A DNA stretch of 64,000 bases, taken from contig CAYXZO010000001.1 in the NCBI GenBank assembly GCA_964469505.1, forward strand, positions 37,402-101,401, written 5' to 3'. The position numbers and the translations under genes were made by a program. Shown piece after piece: positions 32,258 to 42,029 of the stretch; position 1 is the first letter of the stretch; each line of letters opens with the position of its first letter. The notes beneath the pieces are model-generated. The model did no database searches. It was not told the DNA's origin and saw only the letters and a program-made list of their open reading frames with translations. The stretch comes from an uncultured Lentisphaeria bacterium (GTDB lineage: Bacteria > Fidelibacterota > UBA8477 > JABMPR01).

Positions 32258-33472
32258 TCATCTCTCTGGTTGCCAAACCGTGTAATTCTTGCCTTTGAGG
32301 AAATCCACCCAACCCATGATCATGGCAGCCAACATTCCCGCCGCGTAGCTTAGTCTTTTACCGCCAGGGGTTAATCTTTGATAAACATCATTTCTACGGA
32401 CAATGAAAAAACCGAATAGTTCAAAAGATAGCATAAAAAAGAAAGCTATTTTTGATAAAACTCCCGGCGCGGCAAGAGTGGTTAGCATCAATAATTGGTA
32501 CCAAAGTGGTATTAACCAGCGTAATAACTTATGGCTAATAAATATGAACTTAAATTGAATGGGAGCTGTACTTATCTCTTTTCTGAAAGCCCATATTGAA
32601 GTTAAGCTGCGTGCCAGGATTCGCCGGTGTCGTCTGTATTCCACATCAATTCTACCGGTAGATTTCTCGTAGCACACTGCGGAGGGTTGATACACACTTT
32701 TATATCCTTTAAGTACCACGAACACCGGAACCATCAAGTCATCCATGGCAAAATCAGGTAAGAATTCATAGCATTCTCTGCGCACTGCGTAAATGCTGCC
32801 ATTGGCACCGATGGTTGAGAAAAATTGGCTTTCCTGTTTTTTCAGCCATCGTTCCCATGACCAGTATTGGGCCTCTATATCATCATCATATCGATCGTTA
32901 TCATTAGGAATAAGTTTTAATTCGCCACAGACAGCACCGACATTAGGATCTGCAAACGGTTTTACTAATTCCTTAAGCGCATTTTTTTCGTACATGCTAT
33001 TTGCATCGGAAAAAACCAGTATAGGGCTATTGCTTAGCTTCACGGACTCATTACGGGCAATAATTTTACCTGCGTGCGTGTCCGTTTTTATTAGCTTTAC
33101 CGCTGGAAAGAATCCTTCAACAATTTGATTTGTCCGGTCAGTGGACCCATCCGTTGCCACATATATATTTAGCTTTTCTCTAGGATAATTTAACTCTAGC
33201 GTATTTCTTAACTTTTTTTCAAGGATTTCTTCTTCGTTGTATGCTGCGATAAGGAAATCCATTTCTGGTGTTTCGTCGGACGCGCTAACCTTGGCGCCAT
33301 TTTTTTTACGTGTTTTTCTAATGGATTGCGCTAAGTATATCACCATTGGATATACAAGTATCGGGTAAGCCATAAACAATCCGATAATGAATACTAGCGC
33401 GGAAATCATTTCTGGAATTAGTTGATTTTTCTCATCAAATTCGTTAACCACTCTCTGTGGTGATTTATGCAA
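32258..33472 (-). CDS. Family-2 glycosyltransferase with flanking transmembrane segments (synthase-type, HasA/PgaC/chitin-synthase-like)
   Basis: 404 aa with an N-terminal TM, a GT2 core (…FLIAAYNEEEIL…YVATDGSTD…VFSDANS…) and C-terminal TM helices. The gene is AT-rich. Confidence 0.75.
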   Translation of the reverse strand: MHKSPQRVVNEFDEKNQLIPEMISALVFIIGLFMAYPILVYPMVIYLAQSIRKTRKKNGAKVSASDETPEMDFLIAAYNEEEILEKKLRNTLELNYPREKLNIYVATDGSTDRTNQIVEGFFPAVKLIKTDTHAGKIIARNESVKLSNSPILVFSDANSMYEKNALKELVKPFADPNVGAVCGELKLIPNDNDRYDDDIEAQYWSWERWLKKQESQFFSTIGANGSIYAVRRECYEFLPDFAMDDLMVPVFVVLKGYKSVYQPSAVCYEKSTGRIDVEYRRHRRILARSLTSIWAFRKEISTAPIQFKFIFISHKLLRWLIPLWYQLLMLTTLAAPGVLSKIAFFFMLSFELFGFFIVRRNDVYQRLTPGGKRLSYAAGMLAAMIMGWVDFLKGKNYTVWQPER

Positions 33473-33552
33473 TATCTTCGCATGTAATATTTACCAATAA
33501 TATCAGCACAAACCGATATTTCTTTTTTCATATTTCGCACTTAAAAGTGCTA

Positions 33553-35007
33553 TTATCTGGTAATCTGATAGATCAGCAACAATAGTGATGTTATATTTCC
33601 TATGATCGTGGTATAAGTGGATATTCTTTTTAAGTAGTAGTCAAAATCGCGGTAAGGAGTCCTGGGGACCCATATAAAATCGCCAGATTCAATCTTATAG
33701 TTATTTTTCCCGTCTGTCATATCTATCCACGCTCGTGATTTACTCTTTATTAAGTATACCTTTTCTTTAGCTCTCTTGCCTAATCCTCCCGCTTGCGCGA
33801 TATAATATTTATAATCAGCGCCAGGCTTATACTTTATATACCCCGGCGTCATTACCTGCCCGTACACATAAATCATATCACTCTTTGTGGGAATGATTAT
33901 CACATCGCCATCTTTCACAATGAAAGTGCTGCTCGGGGAGTTTGGATTCTTCAAATCCCTGAAATCGATTGAAGCAATCGCATGGAGGTTCCTAAGAAGA
34001 TTGTCCGCGATGAAGTTCAAAGAGTCCTGAGGATCCACATCCGCCATTCGCTCCATTAGCAATAAATCTATGTTAGTGCTCAATAAATTAACTCTAAATG
34101 TCCTGTCTCGGTCCTTATACAGCGAACTATATATGCCGTAATTAGCGAACGCAAATGGATCTCGAATCAATTCGGCATTTAACAAATCCGCATTTTCCCT
34201 GAAGCCACCAGCTTTATTTATCACTTCCCACAACGTCGTGTTGTCTTTGGAAATAAAAATATACCCAGGCCTATATACCTCGCCTAGTACCAGAACCTTG
34301 TAATCTCTCCTGTTAGTTTCATCAGCCACGATCCGAATTCTATCACCTCTTTTTAAAACGAAATTTAGACTGTCAACAGGTATCCTAATTGTTCTACTTT
34401 CTTGTCCGTTATAGCTAAGCCTTTCTATAACTGCATATTTTATATCATCGTAAGATTCATTAACCCCCCGCGCAAAAAGCAATGCATCAGACAATTTGTC
34501 GCCATCAATGAACTGGAATTTGCCAGGCTTATTCACCGCGCCTTCCACCTCGATGAAACTCCTCTCCATATCTAGAGGAGGAAATATTATAACATCACCA
34601 TCTCTTAAATAAGGATTGTAGCGATAATCCGCGGTGAGCCTGAATTTTTTTAAGTCAATTATCTGCTTACTACCATCCTGGTGAACTAATTTTATGCCAC
34701 GTAACGCATAGTCGCCAAACATTCGCACGACTTTATTGTAATCACTGTAAGTTTTGGCCGAGCTTAGCATTTCGTTCTTAGCTTTATTAAAAATTCTTGT
34801 AACAAACTCATCTACCCGCTCATTAACAAAAGCCCTGAATGATCCATTGGCAATGAATTCGCCTCCAATTGTCACACTTATCGTATTTTCACTCGCAATA
34901 TCTAGCGAACTACTGCCTATTACTTGAGAATAACAAACGACCGAACTACCCAAAAGGAACAATATAGAGAAAACCAAAGGCACAATTATCGAACGCTTCT
35001 CATTCAT
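33553..35007 (-). CDS. Polysaccharide export protein (Wza-like; Poly_export plus multiple SLBB domains)
   Basis: 484 aa with a signal peptide and repeated soluble-ligand-binding beta-grasp motifs (…LRDGDVIIFP…, …LKRGDRIRIV…, …VKDGDVIIIPT…, …IESGDFIWVP…). AT-rich. Confidence 0.75.
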   Translation of the reverse strand: MNEKRSIIVPLVFSILFLLGSSVVCYSQVIGSSSLDIASENTISVTIGGEFIANGSFRAFVNERVDEFVTRIFNKAKNEMLSSAKTYSDYNKVVRMFGDYALRGIKLVHQDGSKQIIDLKKFRLTADYRYNPYLRDGDVIIFPPLDMERSFIEVEGAVNKPGKFQFIDGDKLSDALLFARGVNESYDDIKYAVIERLSYNGQESRTIRIPVDSLNFVLKRGDRIRIVADETNRRDYKVLVLGEVYRPGYIFISKDNTTLWEVINKAGGFRENADLLNAELIRDPFAFANYGIYSSLYKDRDRTFRVNLLSTNIDLLLMERMADVDPQDSLNFIADNLLRNLHAIASIDFRDLKNPNSPSSTFIVKDGDVIIIPTKSDMIYVYGQVMTPGYIKYKPGADYKYYIAQAGGLGKRAKEKVYLIKSKSRAWIDMTDGKNNYKIESGDFIWVPRTPYRDFDYYLKRISTYTTIIGNITSLLLLIYQITR

Positions 35008-35149
35008 ATTGGCACCTATTATTTAATGTGGTATCTAGCGAATATGTAGTATTTATCATAATTATTATTTATCCAATCCTCGCCCACATAAAACAAAGCA
35101 TTTTTAGTCAGTTCGACTCTAGCAGAAATAGTAGTCTTACCATAAATAT

Positions 35150-36484
35150 CTATTCATTATTTAATGATAATTTAGAGGCCCCCAAACGAATTATCCTATC
35201 ACTGTTAATTCTCCTTGTAGCATTTCGGGTATCGACTACTAATTTCGAATGCTTCACAATCCACTCCCAATCATAACGGGAATGGTTGGTGGTAATTACC
35301 ACACAATCCTGATTTTCCAATATCTCTTCGCTTAATTCAATCGACTTAATTTCACGGCCATTGAATTTAACTTGAGGCACATAAAAATCGTGATAACTGA
35401 CAATAGCCCCTTTACTGAGCAGTATTTCGTGTATATCCAGAGCCGGGCTTTCCCGTACATCATCAATATCAGGCTTATAAGCCATACCCAATAGCAATAC
35501 TCGGGAACCTTTAATACTTTTCTCGCTCCGATTTAGACCCTCTCCCACCAGATCAACCACATAGTAGGGCATTTCGGCATTAATTTCACTAGCCAACTCG
35601 ATAAATCTCGCCCGATAGTTTAAAGTTTTCATTTTCCATGACAAGTAATGGGGATCGATGGGGATACAATGACCACCAAGTCCGGGACCAGGCGTGAATT
35701 TCATAAACCCAAACGGCTTAGTGTTAGCGGCATCTATTACTTCCCAGACATTGACCCCCAGCTTGTCAGCCATTAGAGCCATTTCGTTAGCCAACCCGAT
35801 ATTGATGCTACGGAAAGTATTCTCGAGTAATTTAGTCAGCTCTGCGGCCTCCGGGGAAGAAACTGGCACCATCTGATCAATAACTTGTTCATACAGTGCT
35901 AAACCAAGCCTTAAGCAATTAGGGGTAACTCCCCCCATTATTTTGGGGGTATTCTTGGTATTAAACCTTTTATTTCCGGGGTCGACCCGTTCCGGAGAGA
36001 AGAGTAAAAATACATCCTCACCAACTTTCAGGTCCTTGCTTTCTATTGCAGGGAGCAAAAGTTCACGAGTTGTACCAGGGTAAGTAGTGCTTTCTAATAC
36101 TACCAGAAAATCACGATGTACATATTTTCTAATCTGCTCGGCAACCTGCAGCAAGTAGGATACATCAGGATCTTTGGTTTTATTTAAAGGAGTTGGTACC
36201 GCAATGGCCACCGCATCCATCCGTTCTAAATCGGCATAATTAGTGCTGGCGGACAGCGTGCCCTGCTTTACCAAAATCCTCAAGCGGGAATCATCCACAT
36301 CCTGGATATAATTTTCCCCCCGATTGATTTGCTGAACTCTGGATACATTAATATCTAGCCCAATGGTTCGAAATCCAGCAGCCGCAAATTCAACCGCCAA
36401 TGGTAATCCGACGTACCCTAACCCAATAACACCAACTGTAATCTCCTTATTTTCTATTCGCTTGAGAAAATCCTGAATTGCCAT
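35150..36484 (-). CDS. UDP-N-acetyl-D-mannosamine/glucosamine 6-dehydrogenase (WecC/WbpA family nucleotide-sugar dehydrogenase)
   Basis: 444 aa with …ITVGVIGLGYVGLPLAVEFA… Rossmann motif and a catalytic-Cys region …GPGLGGHCIPIDP…. Confidence 0.85.
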   Translation of the reverse strand: MAIQDFLKRIENKEITVGVIGLGYVGLPLAVEFAAAGFRTIGLDINVSRVQQINRGENYIQDVDDSRLRILVKQGTLSASTNYADLERMDAVAIAVPTPLNKTKDPDVSYLLQVAEQIRKYVHRDFLVVLESTTYPGTTRELLLPAIESKDLKVGEDVFLLFSPERVDPGNKRFNTKNTPKIMGGVTPNCLRLGLALYEQVIDQMVPVSSPEAAELTKLLENTFRSINIGLANEMALMADKLGVNVWEVIDAANTKPFGFMKFTPGPGLGGHCIPIDPHYLSWKMKTLNYRARFIELASEINAEMPYYVVDLVGEGLNRSEKSIKGSRVLLLGMAYKPDIDDVRESPALDIHEILLSKGAIVSYHDFYVPQVKFNGREIKSIELSEEILENQDCVVITTNHSRYDWEWIVKHSKLVVDTRNATRRINSDRIIRLGASKLSLNNE

Positions 36485-36498
36485 TTCGATAATGCCCC

Positions 36499-37515
36499 CT
36501 AATCTCGTTCCAAATATTGTCGTTTGTAATACTCCAGGTACTCACCTGATTTTAGGGGTTCCCACCAGCTACGATGTTCTACATACCACTTGATTGTATC
36601 TTTCAATGCTTGCTCGAAATCCGTTTTTGGAACCCATCCCAAACTTGCCAACTTGGAGCTATCTAAAGAATAGCGCCGATCGTGTCCAGGCCTATCAGCG
36701 ACATATTTAATTAAGCTTTCCGGCTTCCCAAGTTCTCGCAAAATAAATTTGGTGATGAAAATGTTCTCGCGCTCATTTCCACCGGCAATATTGTAAACTT
36801 CACCATTTACACCTCTATCGAGCAAGAAATACAAGGCTTCACAATGATCTTCTACGAAGAGCCAATCCCGGATATTCTTGCCGTCACCATACAACGGTAA
36901 AGGTTTATCCTCAAGCGCATTGGTGACGAACAAAGGTATCAATTTCTCTGGATATTGATAAGGCCCGAAATTATTACTAGCACGACTGATTATTACAGGC
37001 AATTCATAGGTGGCAAAATAAGAATATGCCAAACGGTCCGCACCGGCTTTGGAGGCGGAATAGGGATTTCGAGGCATAAGAGGATCGGTCTCTTTGAATG
37101 ACCCCTCAGTAATGCTCCCATATACTTCATCAGTAGATATCTGCAAGAATCGCTCAACCCCGTATTCGCGCGCTGCTTCCAATAAAACATAAGCACCAAA
37201 AATATCGGTGCGGATGAAATCTTCTGGATTTCCGATGGAACGGTCAACGTGGCTTTCAGCAGCAAAATTGACTACGTGCGTAAAACGATGTTCCTGAAAT
37301 AAACTCTTCACTAATTCCTTATCGGCAATGTCGCCCTTAACGAAGGTATAACGCGGATCATCTGCTACATCTGCCAGATTAGCCAGATTTCCAGCATAAG
37401 TCAATTTATCCAGGTTGACTAACCTGAATGGCTCATTCTGCCGCAGCAGAAATCTAATGAAATTGCTGCCAATGAATCCGGCACCTCCAGTAATTAGGTA
37501 TACTCGCTCTTTCAT
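36499..37515 (-). CDS. rfbB: dTDP-glucose 4,6-dehydratase
   Basis: 338 aa beginning MKERVYLITGGAGFIGSNF…, with a YSASKA catalytic motif. Confidence 0.9.
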   Translation of the reverse strand: MKERVYLITGGAGFIGSNFIRFLLRQNEPFRLVNLDKLTYAGNLANLADVADDPRYTFVKGDIADKELVKSLFQEHRFTHVVNFAAESHVDRSIGNPEDFIRTDIFGAYVLLEAAREYGVERFLQISTDEVYGSITEGSFKETDPLMPRNPYSASKAGADRLAYSYFATYELPVIISRASNNFGPYQYPEKLIPLFVTNALEDKPLPLYGDGKNIRDWLFVEDHCEALYFLLDRGVNGEVYNIAGGNERENIFITKFILRELGKPESLIKYVADRPGHDRRYSLDSSKLASLGWVPKTDFEQALKDTIKWYVEHRSWWEPLKSGEYLEYYKRQYLERD

Positions 37516-37554
37516 GACACATTAACCCTATACATAGTTAGCCAATCAAGATTG

Positions 37555-38868
37555 TTAAATGGCGCTGCGGCCAATATTGCGATAGCGATAGCCTAACCGC
37601 TTTAACTCCTGAACGCTGAGAACGTTCCGGGCATCAACTATTACTGGTTGGTTCAGAAGTTTTTTGGTATGCTCCAGATCCAATCCGCGTAATTCATGCC
37701 AATCGGTGAGTACGATGGCCGCATCCGCTCCTTGTAAGGCTCCATCCAAAGTGCGGGAAACCGGTAAATCCGGGAAATACAAGCGCCGCATGTTCTCTCC
37801 GGCCAGGGGATCATAACCGATTACTTCAGCTCCCTCCTCTATTAGGCGTTTAATTAAAGGAATCGCCGGAGACTCACGTACATCATCGGTATTAGGCTTG
37901 AAAGCCAATCCCAGGACGGCAATACGTTTGCCCTCAAGATCCGGCAGTAACTCTTTGAGTTTTTGGAAAACCACTTCGCGCTGGTGTTCATTGGTTTCAA
38001 TGGCCGCGGCCACTACTCGGGCCTTTACTCCATATTCCTCAGCGGTGGCTACTAAAGCACGAGTATCCTTTGGGAAACAACTACCACCGAACCCGGGACC
38101 AGGGTGTAAAAATTTAGAACTGATTCGCCCATCCAGCCCCATAGCCCGGGCAATAACATGAACATCAGCACCTACAACGTCAGCCAGATTCGCTATCTCG
38201 TTGATGAATGAGATTTTAACCGCCAGAAAAGCATTGGAGGCATACTTTATAAGTTCCGCGGTGGGGATGTTGGTAATAACCATGGGAGTTTCGTTGATAT
38301 ACAAGGTACGGTATACGCGACGCATGACTTCAGCCGCGCGCTCTGATTCGACGCCCACTACCACCCGGTTGGGGATGAGGAAGTCCCTCACGGCAGAGCC
38401 TTCCCGTAGGAACTCCGGATTAGATACTACGTCGAAGGGATGTGGTTCCGGCCTGTGTTTTTCAATGATGTCTTTGATTTTGTACCCAGTCCCCACAGGA
38501 ACGGTACTTTTAGTGCAGATCACCTTATAGCCATTTAGATTTTCACCAATAGTCTTGGCCACGTCAAAAACGGCACTCAAATCAGCTTCGCCGTTTTCCG
38601 CCGGGGGTGTCCCCACTGCAATGAACACTACTTCTGATTCCTGGATCGCTTTTGGAATATCCAGCGAGAAATGTAGCCTGCCTGCCTGCACATTACGGTC
38701 TACTAGCTCCTGTAATCCATGCTCATATATAGGTAACTTTCCTTGCTGTAAACTTTTGATCTTGCTTTCGTCAATATCCACACATACCACTTGGTTACCA
38801 AAATCAGATAAGCCGGCTCCGGTAGTGAGCCCCACGTAGCCGGTACCAATCATGCAAATTCGGGTCAT
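37555..38868 (-). CDS. ugd: UDP-glucose 6-dehydrogenase
   Basis: 437 aa beginning MTRICMIGTGYVGLTTGAGLSDFGNQVVCVDID…, with …GFGGSCFPKD…. Confidence 0.9.
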   Translation of the reverse strand: MTRICMIGTGYVGLTTGAGLSDFGNQVVCVDIDESKIKSLQQGKLPIYEHGLQELVDRNVQAGRLHFSLDIPKAIQESEVVFIAVGTPPAENGEADLSAVFDVAKTIGENLNGYKVICTKSTVPVGTGYKIKDIIEKHRPEPHPFDVVSNPEFLREGSAVRDFLIPNRVVVGVESERAAEVMRRVYRTLYINETPMVITNIPTAELIKYASNAFLAVKISFINEIANLADVVGADVHVIARAMGLDGRISSKFLHPGPGFGGSCFPKDTRALVATAEEYGVKARVVAAAIETNEHQREVVFQKLKELLPDLEGKRIAVLGLAFKPNTDDVRESPAIPLIKRLIEEGAEVIGYDPLAGENMRRLYFPDLPVSRTLDGALQGADAAIVLTDWHELRGLDLEHTKKLLNQPVIVDARNVLSVQELKRLGYRYRNIGRSAI

Positions 38869-38951
38869 AATCGCTTTCCCCTCAAAAGTTCTACAATGTT
38901 AAAAATCGACTGAATTTAGGATGTCTCTCAAAGGGGACAATGGAAATGCCC

Positions 38952-41015
38952 TCATAAGAGCCCCATCCTTTTCCTTAAAACCCAGGTAGTCACTAACATT
39001 ACAATTAAAACCCACAACCATGCAAACCGGCGAATGCCACGATAAGTCCAGGTTTTCACCACCCTTTGGTATCGCGACGGTGGTTGCCACTCCTTGATGG
39101 TTGAGTCGTTCAAAACCTTGCCATGGGAGATATGCGCCAGCTGATGCAACAAACCAAGGTTAACTCCCCTAGTCAGATTCTCTATATCGACCGGTTGAAC
39201 TTGAGTTGCAAGACTGTCCCTCCCCCACAAGTAGCTGCTGCGGTAAGCTTCCAATTTGATTTGTAAAGGCCCTGCCACACTGGTGAGTAATCGCTGCTCA
39301 TATATTCCAGGAGCAGCTTCGTGCAATACGCTAGGGGCCGACCAATTCAGACCGTTGTTTGAAATGCGTATATTAACCTGGGCCCCCGATAAGGGCCGAC
39401 CCGTAAGGTCTTTAAGTTTTACTATTACCAGATTGTCTCCATTCTGCACCGGCGGATCGGGAACCAGGGTAGTTTCAAGTGGTCGATACCTGCTACGAAC
39501 TAACAGAAACTGTAACAACTTCCTCCAAAAAAGAGCAAATCCTTGACGTTCCGGCGGTTGAAGAAACCAGTGCCAGATATCGGCGGAGTTCACCAGGGCC
39601 AGCGGTAAACGTTTATGTAACACAAGTACGGGGAACGGGGAACCACCGGGATATGACTCCAACAGAACCTCACCATTTATCTGAAAAGAGGAAGGACTTA
39701 ATTTTATGGGGGGTAAACGCCGCCACAACTCTCGGCTAAAATCTCGACTTTCCAGGCGGTACGCCAACCAGAGTGGGGAATCATCTGATCCCACCGGCAC
39801 CACAGCATGAGATAGGCCGGAAGTCTGAGGGGCAGACTTTAGAGATAGCTTACGACTTAAATTGCCGCGTACAGCCCCCCCGGCGGCAATTGCCACTATC
39901 GCCACACCCGAGTCCACCCAGGTCTCAAGTTGCTTCCGGAACCAGTTTCTGGACAAAGACATGGAATCAATATTCAGTACGACCAGATCGGGTTTGACGG
40001 ATTTAAACTGTGGGGGAGCCTGGGCTTCATCCACCAACCACAGGCGGAACCGATAATTCTTAGCTGGCAGAGCTCGCTTAACTGCCCCAATTAATGGACT
40101 TCTTAATCCCGTACAGAACCAGATACGGGGCCGAAGATCTCCCACGTCGATAGTTAAAGATTTCCGGACTCTCAAACCCGTCCGAGGAGCTTCCAACTCC
40201 ACGTTTAATATCTGCTTGCCCGGAGTACTGAACTTAAGGGGGACCTGCAATCTTAAGTGTCGTTCTTTCAGCGAGATATTTTTCTGCCATACTAGCCGCT
40301 CTCCCACCATAATCCTGCCGATGATAAAAGAATCTGAGGGAGCTTGTACCTGGACAAAGAGAGAAAGCCAGATCGTGCTATCGATCGGCAAACTTGTTGG
40401 CAGGTCAATTCTTTCCAGCTTTAGTTCCCGGGCCGGTTGCGGCTCGGAGGGGAGATACGGTAGGAGGGGAACTTTTTTCACCCACGGTTGCTCCAAAGGT
40501 GGGCGCCCAGTATTTATTTGCCCATCAGTCACCAGTACAATAGCAGCAGGATTCAGTTCTGGCGTAGAAATATTCCCGAATGGATCATTCATTTTAGTAT
40601 ACCGACGGCCGAATCTTCGTAAAGTATCCAGCTCCACGGTTTGCCCTTCCAGATTCACAATTTGTATGGGGTGGGAGGCTAAAGTCTGATAAAGATGTTT
40701 GATTCCCGCCAGCACCTTGCGGGGGCCGCCTTGCCAGGCAGTAGCCATGCTCTGTGAATCGTCCACCATCACCCATATCGGCTGAAGTTTGCGCTGACGC
40801 CAGCTCAGCTTAAGGTTCGGGTCCCACCACAACAGTTCCAATATTCCAAAGGCGATAATCGGCAGCCATCGAATGAGAAATCGTAAAAATGAAGAACCAC
40901 GCTGCGGACGGTGGGCCCAAAGCATCCAGGCACCAAAGAGCACCAGTAGTAACAGCGCCAACCAGCCGGTACCATGGAAGTCAGCTTCCAGAGTAAAATT
41001 CGCCAGAGATAACAT
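38952..41015 (-). CDS. Membrane-anchored von Willebrand factor A domain protein (BatA-like)
   Basis: 687 aa with an N-terminal TM pair, a MIDAS-like VMVDDSQSM…VLVTDGQ motif and a C-terminal TM (…FAWLWVLIVMLVTTWVL…). Confidence 0.55.
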   Translation of the reverse strand: MLSLANFTLEADFHGTGWLALLLLVLFGAWMLWAHRPQRGSSFLRFLIRWLPIIAFGILELLWWDPNLKLSWRQRKLQPIWVMVDDSQSMATAWQGGPRKVLAGIKHLYQTLASHPIQIVNLEGQTVELDTLRRFGRRYTKMNDPFGNISTPELNPAAIVLVTDGQINTGRPPLEQPWVKKVPLLPYLPSEPQPARELKLERIDLPTSLPIDSTIWLSLFVQVQAPSDSFIIGRIMVGERLVWQKNISLKERHLRLQVPLKFSTPGKQILNVELEAPRTGLRVRKSLTIDVGDLRPRIWFCTGLRSPLIGAVKRALPAKNYRFRLWLVDEAQAPPQFKSVKPDLVVLNIDSMSLSRNWFRKQLETWVDSGVAIVAIAAGGAVRGNLSRKLSLKSAPQTSGLSHAVVPVGSDDSPLWLAYRLESRDFSRELWRRLPPIKLSPSSFQINGEVLLESYPGGSPFPVLVLHKRLPLALVNSADIWHWFLQPPERQGFALFWRKLLQFLLVRSRYRPLETTLVPDPPVQNGDNLVIVKLKDLTGRPLSGAQVNIRISNNGLNWSAPSVLHEAAPGIYEQRLLTSVAGPLQIKLEAYRSSYLWGRDSLATQVQPVDIENLTRGVNLGLLHQLAHISHGKVLNDSTIKEWQPPSRYQRVVKTWTYRGIRRFAWLWVLIVMLVTTWVLRKRMGLL

Positions 41016-42029
41016 TCAGGCGGAAAAATCCAGCTTTAAGCGGGGGTAAATCTGTAAATCCAGCTCACTGGACAAACCATCTTGGAGCTGTAGATAACCT
41101 GCGTAAGCAATCATCGCGGCATTATCGGTACAAAAACGTAACTCCGGGTAAATGAGTTCCCAACCTTCCTGCTCAGCCGCGGCCTGGAATTGGTCACGTA
41201 AATAACTATTGGCTGCTACGCCCCCCGCCAATACTACCCTTTTTAAACCTGTATCCCGAGCGCACTGAATGGTCGGTTGCAGCAGATTGTCCACGGCAGC
41301 TGCTTCAAATGCTGCCGCCAAGTCGGCTCGATGCGATTCCAAGAGCCGGGTACCATGGCGTTGTACGTAATACAACACCGCGGTCTTCAAACCCGAAAAT
41401 GAGAAATCGTAGCTGTCGCGAAAACGGGTCCGGGGGAAATCGATAAAATGGGGATCACCCTCACGGGCTAGTTTATCCAGCAACGGCCCGCCAGGATATG
41501 GTAACCCTAAAATCCGAGCAGTTTTGTCAAAGGCCTCTCCCGCAGCATCGTCTCGAGTGTGACCGTGGAGACGATAGCGGCGGAAAGCCTGGACCTCCAC
41601 CAACATGGTATGCCCCCCAGAGACCAGCAAACATAAAAAAGGGAAGGGGGGCTGTTTTTGACCGATGAAGTTAGCGAAAATATGACCTTCGATATGATTG
41701 ATACCGAGTAAAGGTTTGTTTAATGCTGCGGCCAACCCTTTAGCGAAACCAACCCCCACCAGCAAAGAACCGGCTAATCCCGGCCCTTGAGTCACGGCTA
41801 TTCCGGTTAAATCTTTCAGGCTAACCCCGGCTTGCTTTAAAGCCTGTTCGGTTACGGGCAGCAAGTGTTGCTCATGGGCCCGCGAGGCAAATTCAGGAAC
41901 TACACCTCCATATGCTTCGTGCACTGCCTGGGCGGCAGTGACATGGGCTAATAACTCCGGGCCTCGGGTTACAGCCGCTGCTGTCTCATCGCAAGAGGTT
42001 TCGATTCCCAACAACAGCGGAGCAACCAT
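41016..42029 (-). CDS. tsaD: tRNA N6-adenosine threonylcarbamoyltransferase
   Basis: 337 aa beginning MVAPLLLGIETSCDETAAAV…, with …GINHIEGHIF… Kae1/TsaD signatures. Confidence 0.9.
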   Translation of the reverse strand: MVAPLLLGIETSCDETAAAVTRGPELLAHVTAAQAVHEAYGGVVPEFASRAHEQHLLPVTEQALKQAGVSLKDLTGIAVTQGPGLAGSLLVGVGFAKGLAAALNKPLLGINHIEGHIFANFIGQKQPPFPFLCLLVSGGHTMLVEVQAFRRYRLHGHTRDDAAGEAFDKTARILGLPYPGGPLLDKLAREGDPHFIDFPRTRFRDSYDFSFSGLKTAVLYYVQRHGTRLLESHRADLAAAFEAAAVDNLLQPTIQCARDTGLKRVVLAGGVAANSYLRDQFQAAAEQEGWELIYPELRFCTDNAAMIAYAGYLQLQDGLSSELDLQIYPRLKLDFSA

